Origin: Pecten maximus
Taxonomy: Eukaryota
Length of the DNA: 64,000 nucleotides
Direction: 5' to 3'
Assembly (NCBI RefSeq): GCF_902652985.1
Contig: NC_047030.1
Location: 24,242,001-24,306,000, forward strand
Under the pieces are notes generated by a model. It worked only from the letters and a program-made list of their open reading frames with translations, did not search any database and was not told the DNA's origin. Shown here piece after piece: positions 12,772 through 24,404 of the stretch; position 1 is the first letter of the stretch, and every line of letters begins with the position of its first letter. The position numbers and the translations under genes were made by a program.

Positions 12772-15700
12772 CTATCCAACCACGGGTCCACTATTGTGAT
12801 CCACATTCCTATTAAAGACAAATGAAACACATGTACATGTATGACATGACACTCAAAATCAACGATACTTTGTTTTTCTATAGAACTCTATAAAATATGA
12901 AGAAAACTACGTGTATTAAATATTAAGATATCTGTAAAATATTAAGCCCTGTATCAAATATGAAGAAATCTTTAAAATACCAAGAAACCTATATATTATT
13001 AGGAACTCTATGAAATATCAAAAAATCTATAAAATATCAAGAAATCTATAAAATATCAAGAAATCTATAAATATCAAGAAATCTATAAAATATCAAGAAA
13101 TCTATAAAATATCCAGAGATCTATAAAATATTAGGAACTCTATAAAATATTAAGAAATCTATAAAATATCAAAAATCTATAAAATATCCAAAAATCTATA
13201 ATATATTAAGACAGCTATAAAAGCAACAAATCTTCACTCTTTTGAAATCAATAACAACAATGATTATATGATCTATTAAATGGTAAAATCCATAAAATGT
13301 CCAACAAACTTCAATACTTAAATAGTAATAAATCTATTTAATAAAATTGAAATCTTAAGAAAAATGTTACAGAATTATTAACAAAGGTTACATAATATAT
13401 GTTACACGCGTGAATAACTTATATCTTCCTTGCTTCACAATGTACAGAAAATATTCATATTGAGTGATGGGATCGTTTACCTTGTCTCACAGATATAATT
13501 ATACATCCCGACGGGTGGAGGTCTTGTATGATGGACGTGGGTGTGGTTCTTCCTGACTTCACGCCTTCCTCTGGAGGAGCACTTCTCATCTTCCCATAAC
13601 AATTCACGCCCGATCCACTTGAGTGACAAGCAGTTTTCGATGTTAGTTCCGTTAGGTTGGCCCGGTGCCCATTTGGTGAACGATCCTATTGCTGAACCTG
13701 TCTCCAGCCATCTGAAGCTGCCCTCAAAAGTGTAATCCGTCGCACCTATAAACCATTCTGTTATACCGCGCCCTGAAAATATTATTAACAAAACAGAAGT
13801 CACCTCAAGCTCATACGTGCCTGGTAAAAGTGCATACCCATTATTGCCGAAGGTGGATTTTCATTTTCGTTTTTTCTCCTTTTATATAACGTAAGAAGCT
13901 TAATGACATCCTCCCTTCTCTTCTCGCAACCCTATCCGTCCAAATTATAGCATGAATGAATATATGACGATATTAATTATATTGATACTGTAAACGCACA
14001 TGTTTTAGAGAAAAATCAGCGATTTTAGCGAATCTGGACGCATGGCACTTGTTCTTATTAACGTTCTATATACCGTCACTATAGGAAAGATGTGTACGTC
14101 AATTTCATTTGGATGGTAACTATTGTAATTTGGTATGCGCGAAAATTTGACTCCGCCAAAATTCGGGCGTTTGCAGTAAGACGTTTCGTTATGATTAGTA
14201 TCACATATATGTTACAACAAAAGTCAGGTAGACAACTAGACATCATATACAGTATTTGTATTCGGACATCTTCAGACCACAAACTATCTGACTCATTATC
14301 TGACTATATATTTTCTACAAAGCAGTATTATCCTAACATTATAAAAAAGACTAATTTATCTGTGGATAATCTATGAAATATTATGTTGAAGAACAAGAGA
14401 AAAAAAAAGAAAATCATTCAGCGGGTAAACATCATTGAGAGCAGAAAAGGAGGAAGTTCCTCAGACAAGGTCTTACCCCTCAAAACGTTTAGAATGGTTC
14501 CTAGGAAGTCATGTTTGCCCTCGCTATCGTCCGTCAGGAGCCAGCTCGCCTTGGATCTACAGTCCGCCTGTTAACATGATATTGTTTGGGAATAAGATAA
14601 TTCAACTAGAACCCGGAAATGATTAATATACTGCGAACACAGAGGGACCAATTATTTCTATTTCATAAACCAACGCGTCCAAATACCGTAAATGTAGACA
14701 TTTACGCGAGGGGAAAATTTACGCTAATAACACGTAGTCATTTTGATCGCGAAAATTCCCCCCATGAGTTTACATGTCGAAATCGCGAAATTAAGTCATT
14801 CATCTGCGATCTTTGCTAACTGAACAAACAAACAACAACACTGTTTGTATATATGTGTTTTAAAGGGTGTTGGCGTAAGGACGCATAATCCTTTGTTTTC
14901 CGAATGTAGCAACACGATAACTTAAAGAAACAATTACGATCTTATTAGTATGATGTTGTTTTAGATGATTTATACATTACTTACTTCAGCGTCATTCCAC
15001 GCTTTCTGCCCCTGACTGAACCAGATACAATTCTCTTTGTACTCGGTCCAACCTACATCACAGGTAGGCAACACAAGTGGTAACCCTATAAAACAACGGG
15101 TTATCAACATCATGGTTAACCCTGTAATACACAGCAGGTTATCAACATCAGGGATAGTATACCCTGTAATATCAGGGGTTATCAGGGTTGTCACTCCGTA
15201 GGATCTTCTGTCAGATAAACATATATATGTAATCTTTTTGTCATTTTTGGAACTCTTTTGTATTTACTTTATTTCAACATGCATCACATGTGTGTAAGTG
15301 AAACAATGCAATGCTGTTGTAAGCACATGTCTTTGATATATGATCCAGTTTATTTCAAATGCTAACTGTGAAGTTTGAAATCCGCCATTTGCAATAAATG
15401 CTCTTTGATATGAACGAGTGATAAATCTACAATATTGTTATATACACCATAGGCAACACATTATGTTCAAACAGGAAGCAGTATTGTTGCTACGAAAATA
15501 AATCATATTCATAAATCCATTCTGTATTCCTCTCATAAAGCCATTTATTAAAAACTGTCATTTTCCTGAGACTCATCGGCTGTTGTGATTTTGATCATGA
15601 ATTGGTTTCCATCGGATAAACATTTAAACAGTTATAATTGTTTGTAATTAAAAATTTGAAATATAAGCAGTTTCAGATCAGTATTTAAATCATGAATAGC

Positions 15701-16047
15701 TAATATGTTCCTTTCCATGTGATATTCATATAGATGTTACACTTTCATATTATATAACGTTGTGCAATGTTTAATGTCGGCACTATTCACATCTAACCAA
15801 TACACACTACATTTTTATATAACATAACGTTGTGTAATGTTTAATGTCGGCACTATTCACATCTTACCAATACACACTATATTTTTATATAACATAACGT
15901 TGTGTAATGTTTAATATCGACACTATTCACATCTTACCAATACACACTACATTTTTATATAACATAACGTTGTGTAATGTTTAATGTCGGCACTATTCAC
16001 ATCTTACCAATACACACGAGAAATCCTAATCGTAGATCCATGTTCAT
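12772..16047 (-). CDS. Secreted C-type lectin (perlucin-like), CTL-1, ~186 aa
   Basis: Exons 16047-16008, 15085-14985, 14567-14477, 13772-13481, 12808-12772 (561 nt, all phases match). Signal MNMDLRLGFLVCIGLPLVLP, then CDVGW..ENCIWF, WNDAEADC, WFIGATD..EGSFRW, WAPGQPN..ENC, WED.C, YICE and tail NVDHNSGPVVG*. Confidence 0.9.
12880..13222. repeat. ~19-bp AT-rich minisatellite (AAATCTATAAAATATCAAG) in the last intron of CTL-1
   Basis: Direct tandem copies, best conserved at 13020-13130. Confidence 0.85.
15753..16017. repeat. 70-bp tandem repeat (~3.8 copies) overlapping the first coding donor of CTL-1
   Basis: CACTATTCACATCT recurs at 15781, 15851, 15921 and 15991. Confidence 0.9.
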
Positions 16048-16249
16048 GTCGGGAAATAGGTGAAATAATAGCTAACTATAGTCTGGTCCTAGAGAAGGTG
16101 ATAAGAATTGAAATCAGTACGGACAGGATATAAACTAGGGCAGACGTATAGACACAAGGGCCTAGTGTCCACAAATAGTATATGCATCAATACACAGCAT
16201 TTATTAGCAGACATTATATAAAATAATTCGTTTATTGTCCCAAAAGAAC

Positions 16250-16925
16250 CCATAGGAGAGCTGACACGAAAACTCCATAGAATGACTGACAAGGAAAAAA
16301 ACTCCAATAGAAAGACTGACAAGATAAGAAAGCCTAACAAAATAACTGACAAGAAAATTCAATAGATTGACTGACAAGAAAAGAAAAAGAAACATAGATT
16401 GACTGACAGGAAAACCTTATAGAACGACTGACAAAAAGAGGAAAAACACCATAGAACGACTGACAAAAAGAAGAAACCCCATAGAACGACTGACAATAAA
16501 AAGAAAACTCCATAAAATGTCTGACTAAAAAAGAAAAACCATAGAACGAATAACAAGAAAATACAATGGAATGACTGACAAAAAAGAAAACCCCATAAAT
16601 TGGCAGACAAGAAAAGATGAACAATAGAAGGATTGACAAGAACACCCCATAGAATGACTGAAAGGAAAACCATAGAATGATTGACAAGAAAAGAATAACC
16701 CTAGATGTACTGGTAAAATTCCCCACAAAAACTGACAAGAAAACCCTAAAAAATGACTAAAAACAAAAGAAAACCATGGAAGTACTGGCAAGAAAAAAAA
16801 ACATAGAAAAGAAAAGAAAAAAAACATAGAATGACTGACAAGAAAAACAAAAACTGTCAACCAAAGGAGGATTAACAAGAAAACCCCACAAAATGACTGA
16901 CAAGAAATCCCAATAGAATGACTGA
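16250..16925. repeat. Degenerate ~30-bp A-rich minisatellite (CCATAGAATGACTGACAAGAAAA core)
   Basis: Repeated core with variable A-rich spacers; it accounts for the low-complexity minus-strand ORFs here. Confidence 0.8.
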
Positions 16926-16927
16926 TA

Positions 16928-17101
16928 CGACCATTTTTGGCCCCATTAGCTACTGGGGGTCAGTCAGGTCGAACATGTGCATACCATCAAGCTCTCATCC
17001 CATGCTGATAATGTTAACCAAGTTAGAATGATTTCCAATAGAAATGAAACAAATGACAGTCTAAAAATGATTTCCTATATAAACTATAGTAAAGTTTACC
17101 C
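16928..17101. mobile_element. Possible single core unit of a Helentron/HINE-type non-autonomous element
   Basis: ~170-bp unit ending TTTCCTATATAAACTATAGTAAAGTTTACCC. It resembles bivalve Helentron core repeats from memory; no termini seen. Confidence 0.35.
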
Positions 17102-17747
17102 GCGAGTGACCTACAAAAAAACAACAACATAAGACTGACATAAACCCCATGAAATGAACAATAAGAAAGATTCATCAACTCATTGTCAATACCCTATAGA
17201 ATGACTTACTATAAAACAAAATGAAATGACAGACAAGAACAAGCATACAACTGTGTGATGTTTTATTTTCAGTAAAACGCCTTCACTATTTTTGCTACTT
17301 TGCTTGTGTGAATCTTGTACTAGGCAAGTGCTGTAAATTTAATATCTATGATTTGCAAAATACCAATCTGTAACTTAAACCATCGCAGGAGAGAATATAT
17401 ATAGGCTTTGTTATTTGACTTTAATAATCTTTGTCAATAAAGTTTGTTGAAATGAACTTTCATATATCAGTGATACGTTTTAATCTTTTTCTTGAAATAC
17501 GATTTTACAACAAAAAATAATTGAATATTACCAGGACTGGTGTTCCTTTAGCGTATTATAATGCCTCTTTTATGACTAGTAGGTATGAGCATTGAGGTCC
17601 GTGGTCCTCAGGTGTTACCACACAGGTTCTCGACCTTCAGTGTTAACTTAATTATCTTAACTTATATAGAAGTATACCTTGTTAACATACTTCGGCAGGT
17701 GAGTCGTTCTCAATGTGTCAGTGACTTATCTCGTTTGGGCAGTTACT

Positions 17748-17778
17748 TATAAAACTGACCTGTTTGTGGACCAACAGT
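17748..17778 (+). promoter_or_regulatory. Candidate TATA box plus Inr-like site for CTL-2
   Basis: TATAAAA at 17748-17754, CAGT ~28 nt downstream, ATG at 17827. Confidence 0.4.
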
Positions 17779-17826
17779 ATCCGCCCGCTCGTATGACCCT
17801 TTCCCAGTAACTGTTGACTCTTAGAC

Positions 17827-20800
17827 ATGCATTTAATCATAGCTTCCACCCTTGCTGTTAACTTTAGCAGGTAAGTAGAAGTTATTTTATCATTTAACTA
17901 CAGAAAAACTAGATATTGTTTGAATTTGACCTTTACGTATACGAGATGGTTAATAAGCAGAAAACCTGTTTACTTGCAATCAAATACAAAGTTAGGAGTT
18001 TGATATGCCAACCACTTGAATGGCGTAAACAATGCAATGGTCATTCTGTAGTTATTTTTCTAATGACATTTTCTCGCCAGTTGTGGCTGTTGAGGGGAAT
18101 AAGTGTGAAACCGGATGGGCGGCGTTCAAAGAGGATTGCATCTACTTTGGTCATGATCGTACTTCATGGGACGACGCCGAGGTAAACATTTAATGACATT
18201 TTATATATACATTCCATTAATAGCGTAAACGTTAATTTTTGTGATTAATTCAATAGCGACATTTCATTTACTTCACATTAAAGCTATATAACATAGAAAT
18301 ACAGATGACACCAAAAAAACGCCTTTTTCAAAATATCATCGACATTCCTGCCATATTTCTAGTAAAATGGTGCCATAGATCGTGAGTGCAAGGGTATGAG
18401 TGATAGAATTTTCTTTCTTTTTTTATTCACCTTGGACCTAAAGAGGTGTCATGTGTTGTCTCAGATTTTCTGCATTTTTTTTTTTTTTTTTTTTTATTGC
18501 AAATTCGATTCAAAGTCTACAATTTGTCATGGTGAAACTAGAGTAGCCATACTACCGCTGAATTCGAATACATTCTTGATTAGATCTAGAGCCAGAAAGC
18601 TATAGTCATATTACTTTGTCGCCGGTATAGCCTTGTGAGTGTTCATACAGCTTATTTAGAAAACCCTGTACAGATATATGTAATGGTAACGTCAAGCAGA
18701 AATTTGAACACGGTACCCTATATAATACAGTTGCCTGTATGTTTCTCATAATATAACTCGGATCACTTTTTTTTCATTTTGTCTTTCTTGATTTGATTGT
18801 ATTTTGCGGTTTCCAGAAAAGATGCAGAGATAGAGGTGCATGGCTTCTCTCAGATGACAGTGAAGATAAACACGAATTCCTTTCCGACATCCTAAACGTT
18901 CTAACCAGTAGGTTATATTCTAAAAGTGACAATCTGTGTTGGAGATATATGGCCATCTGTCTGTTTATGATAATTTGACAAGACAAGCCTCTCGTTTGCA
19001 ACATGTTCCATTGCATACATGTTTTTTGTTTCGAACATTCGGAATGTAGACTACATGCGTATATTATTTTGTAGTAAGTTAGTTATGAATTCTTAATGAA
19101 CCATCAACACTGTAAACTTCATAACGACCAAAACATGTTCAAAAAAAAGAAAACAGTTTTTAGTTAACAATTTTGAAAAAAAAACCTTTAAACTTACTAT
19201 GATGTAAAAACGTTATCTTGTAAGTTTAAGATCAATGCAATCAATTAAAAAATGTTTAGCGCTAAATGCTTTATTCCACGCGATCCTGAATCACTTTTAA
19301 TGGCGTTACAAAATAAGTGTATTAGGGCTACCTCCTTTGAAACAATCTTATTGTGTATGTTTATATCTGGCTAGGGAGGGGGTGAGGGTGGGGGTTGGTG
19401 GGTAATTTAGACATAGTCCGTTGCTCGATCACTTTGGTATACCAATGGAATTGTTTGAATTGTGAAATATTTCCATTGATTTTCTTACTTCACACAGATT
19501 GGCGCTATGAACGATTTTTTATCGGAGGGTCGGACTACTATTTCGAGGGGCAATTTCGTTGGGTTGAGACTGGAATGAATGTAGGCCCATTTACAAGATG
19601 GGCGACAGGCCAGCCTCATATGAACAACACCCGAAACTGTCTGATGCTGGATTGGGAGAACGACCAGCTTGTCTGGTCTGACCAGGCGTGTAGACCCCGA
19701 GAGTACACGTACTATCTCTGTGAAAAACTGTGAGTAATATAATAATTGGTGATGTTCCCGGTTCAAAATATTTACATTAGGTTCATGTGGTCTGTGCAAT
19801 CATTATGTATCGTTAATTTGCAAAATTAGTTCAATTTGTGTCCTTTTGCACATTCCTATTTTACATTCGTTAGGGAATATTTAGATCGTTGATATTGTGT
19901 TTTAGATTTTTACATCCTAACATGACATAGTATTTTTAGAGCGACACGATAAATTGTGTGCTGCATTTTATATCCGTTATGTGGCTTTGCTATGTCTGTT
20001 TCTAAATTAACATATAAATCTCGTAAATAAACCGACCTAAAGATCAGCCTATCCCGAATATAAGCCTGTATATTCTTGTAAATAATACTTTCTTAAAAAT
20101 TAGAACAGAATATATCATAAGGTCTGGTTCTAAAATAGCTTTGTCCATTGTTATTGCAATGCATTTTTTTGCCATATTTCAACGTAATTGTGTGGATGGC
20201 GCCTTTAACACCGGTCTCGGGATAGGTGATTGATGCTTCTCTGACCGTTGAAATTCTGGATATGTCATTTCTTAATATGATATTTGCACAAAAAGCTTTA
20301 GTTGACGGCTTACCAAACAAATTGCATCAAAACATCATTTTAAGTCTTTCCTAAAAAAAAATAAGTCTGTGTTTGTGTACTTTTGAAGAAACCCATATTT
20401 TCATATTTTCGAGTTTTATTGTAGTCAAAGGTGTTGTTTACCTGTGTATACTCCTTTGTTGCGATATTGAATGTTTGTCACCTCAACTGATCTTTAGCGT
20501 AATATTTGTGTTTGACTTGTCTGTACGGATGGATACTACAGAATGGTTGAAAAACAATTGACCTAAGTATATAACCATAAGCTCCAATGATTAGTTCATG
20601 TATCGATTGACCAATCTATGTTTAGTTCAATTCCTAATAGTTTTATATATAATTTATATTACTAAACTATTTTATACTTATATTAATGTTTTCGTACCAG
20701 GGAACAACCAACTAATTGTTTTTCTATAGACTTTAGTGTTAACGTTTTAGATTAAATCATTAAAATTCTTGAATTCAATTCGGCCAGTATGATTTATATC

Positions 20801-21223
20801 AAAAGTTTGGGTATCATATAACTAAATAAAAAATGAAATGGGTTCAAACTGTTTCTAGAGTATCCCTTCTGTAATTTGGGTGAATTCCGTAGTAAAAATC
20901 TAAGAAATTCTTCAGTCTTCGCATATTTATTATTATTACCTGAACTATTGAACGAAAACTAAATCCGACTTACCAAATTTATACCAACATTACCTATGAA
21001 AAGGACATATCATACTATATATATATTTTGGAACTTCATAATATACTGGCCAATCAGTGGCTGCCAAACATTTGACCTCTGGCTTAATGACGTATACACA
21101 GGGGCAAAAGTCTATTTTTCTTTTGTTTGGTTGTCCCTTTAATCCGCTTCTTATCAATTCTTCATTTTAACCTACTTTTGTTTCAGTGCTAACACCACAA
21201 CTGGACCAGGTATCATTGGATAA
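17827..21223 (+). CDS. Secreted C-type lectin (perlucin-like), CTL-2, with a +1 frameshift in the signal exon (pseudogene allele or assembly error)
   Basis: Exons 17827-17870 (44 nt versus 43 nt in CTL-3), 18081-18181, 18817-18907, 19498-19729, 21187-21223. Removing one C near 17849-17851 gives MHLIIASTLLLTLAVVAVEG-NKCETGW...WATGQPH..RNC..WSDQAC..YLCEKLANTTTGPGIIG*. Confidence 0.85.
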
Positions 21224-21804
21224 GCTTGGACTACCGAGAATGATTTATTGTATGCTTTGTGAATAAAAGAAATGTGGAAATTGTATCCGTTGTTCCTAAC
21301 TAGACAAACAGTATCTGACCTGACAATGCAGGACTTTTCAGTCGATACAAAAAAGTAGGAGAATTCACAACAGACAATCATGAATAAAACGCAGATCCTT
21401 TCTCTTTAATAACATATGGTAGTTCTTAAATTGCACCGTCGGTTGTAACGATGGAGCTTAATTCATCATGTACAATCATACAATGGTGAAGAATGAAAAG
21501 TTTCCTTTGTTGAAACCGAATACAAAGTAATATTTTGAAGACAGTCTACCGGAAGATGTTATACCACTAAAACGAAGAATGGGATATTAATCGTCCTATA
21601 AGTAAATTAATTATATCTCTCATTTAGGTTTTAGCAAAAACCAAGGTCATTCAGAGTTAAAAGCGTAGTAGTCGTGTTCTTTCCATTAAATCTAAGTATG
21701 TTTAACAAACCTGCCAAAACATGGAGAAGGAGACATTTATTACGGAAGATGTTCGTTTAATATCAAATCAAACACGCAAGATAACGTTCAACGTAGGGGA
21801 GGGC

Positions 21805-21805
<1 letters not shown>

Positions 21806-21876
<71 letters not shown>
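21806..21876. repeat. (GT)n microsatellite followed by a poly-G run
   Basis: Seen directly. Similar G/C runs occur at 6141-6178 and 45828-45854. Confidence 0.9.
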
Positions 21877-21877
<1 letters not shown>

Positions 21878-24404
21878 GGGTAACCATTAAGAATAGAAAA
21901 TTATCGGGAGTATTTTATATCCGATCAAATACAGCAAGTTAACTACCTTGGTTTGGCAGGCAGGGCAATTAACATCACGAATAGTAAAATCGAACAGAGA
22001 AATCGAAACCAGTACTTGTATCTTGAAACTAAATGTCAACTGTCATTGTTGGTAAGACTTCATCAATGATCAATGTAAGAGACATGTGTACAAGTCTGAA
22101 TCAAATATTCCCGCGGTTCGTTAAGTATAGCGGGAATAATTTGTCTCTCTCGGCACGTAGATCCATCATGAGTTGCATGTGCGTGACGTCAGTAATCGAC
22201 GCATATCGAGAACACGTGGGTGTGTGTCATTTCCAGCCGCCTTGCCGTATCGTGCAGTCATTTTGTTTTCTCTGTTCGTTTTTAATGTTCAATTATTATC
22301 TTCTGTGAGATCATTTTTGTTGAGTATATACAAATAATGTTTTTATAAGCTGATAAACGTTGGGCCTAGTATAAATCCAGCGACAGGGATCTTAAGCAAT
22401 GAGGGCTGGTGCAGCCCCTGTACTCCTTCACGGCAGGAGTTTCAGGTTCGGTGGCTCGCCTGATTTCACCTAGGCCTGTTTTTGTTACTGTGTGTTATGT
22501 TTCAAAGCACCATGGCGCTGAATAGTAGTTATAATTGAAATTGTAGTATTTCTCAAAATGGAGAAAGGAATTCTGAGTGTTTTTTTCTCTGTGTATAGTG
22601 TACATTTAATGTTCATACTTCTTTATAAACTCCGCCTATCCACGGTGGGCTAGTCGGCAAATGGAATTTGTGTGTTTGTTGTACCTAAAGTATAGAAGGG
22701 AAGTCATATTTTAAGTTTATTATAGGCAAAATATGGTCGAGATGGTCATGACATTATTTACATATAGATATATGAAAATGTGACAATGTATATTTCAAGG
22801 AGTTCTGTATATGAGCCCTTTCTGATTATTATCCTGAATTGACACAAGCTGCTCAGTAAAAGTACAACCCCAAATTCCGACTGATATCGTATCCACTTAA
22901 CGTACATGTTTACCTCTTTCTTTCACTATTAATCCATAGTTTCATAAATTAATTTATTTCCCGTTATGTTTTCCATAAGCTCATAATTATAGTTTCATTA
23001 GAGTACGATTTATTTTATTGCTAGTCATATGCCAGGCGTCTATATAGGACGAAGATGATTCAGAACCGTGTCTGACCTCCATTCTTACGACAAAACTTGT
23101 CGCAATTCTTCTCATGAGACCATGATAGCCTCTCTTCCCGTGCCATACGAGTTTTCTCCCCTCTAAATATACAACGGTTTGCCTCCCTTCTATCATCTCA
23201 ACGGTTCACATGAAATGTTCGTATGTACTTTCGTGGTTTGAGCTTTCAAATTATTTCGTGAGTGCAAACTGTCGCAAAAAATAACGCAACCACGAAACAA
23301 CGAAAGCTAATTATGCACAACGAACAGCAACACATTGGGTCGTCTCTCATAATAACAAAGTTGGCTTTTTTTTTACGTTTATATCACAAAAGGGCGTTCC
23401 TATTGTAGCGAAACGTTCCGCCATCTAAAATGAGCATATCACTAATCTGACTATCAGTGAATGTTGTACTGTATGTAAGTACAGTATAGGATGTTCCTCG
23501 GGATTGACACCACTTTAAATTATACGTTAACACAAGATCTCACCCGTTTACCAAAAACACAGTGTCATCTATATTCTAATGACAACTGAGTGACACCTAC
23601 TCCAAGGACATAATGCACCAGGACATATTATCGTATCAAAAAAGAAGATGTGTTGTTTGTTTTTTTAATTAAAAACAAAAATTATTATTATCATTTTTTA
23701 TCAATATATTTTTTGTTATTATTATAATTTTTTTATGTACGGATAAGATACTGCTCCTGCATCGAAATGAATACTATAGACAAGAAGCACGTTTTCAGCG
23801 ACTATTGCTAATGCAAATATCATTCCCTCTGTGCGACTTGTTGAGATTTTTTCGTTGAGCTTGAAGCAAATACTCATGTTTAGTGTCAAAGCGAAAGTGA
23901 TCGGGCAGCAAACATTGTAAGCTTATCGTGTAGACGGTCGGTTCTAATTCTCTCATTGCTAACAGAGTCCACAATATCAAGCTGACTAGCAGATAAAATA
24001 CAATATCAAGGTGACTAGCAGGTAAAATGTCTCTAAATCAACCCAATATTGCATATCAATTGTGTAGGCCCATATTCCTTCCCGATTAACATATGGCGTT
24101 CTTCCCTTTTGGGTCTCAGAATAACTGACGAGTCCTAAACGGAGAAAAAGGGAAAAAAATTATGATACAGCTTTATCCCCTCCACCCCACACCCCCACCC
24201 CCACCCCTCCTCACTTTTTTTAATATACGCATTTCATTGCCAAGTTACAAAGTTATTCATTTCTTGGTAAAAGACGTCTGTCCTCCATTTAGGTTCACGT
24301 GTATGCAGACGGCTTATCTCTTTCAGACCGATCGCTGTGAATCTGTCCCGTCCACATGCCAGTTTATATGTTTCCATTACACATCGGTGTGGCGATAGAA
24401 AGAC

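Noticed and set aside
16089-16878. Hydrophobic Phe-rich minus-strand ORFs
   Set aside because: Translation of an A-rich minisatellite.
24120-24150. CTGACGA-GTCC-TAAAC-GGA-GAAA hammerhead-like core
   Set aside because: The stem II closing C is missing and no stem I or III can be formed.
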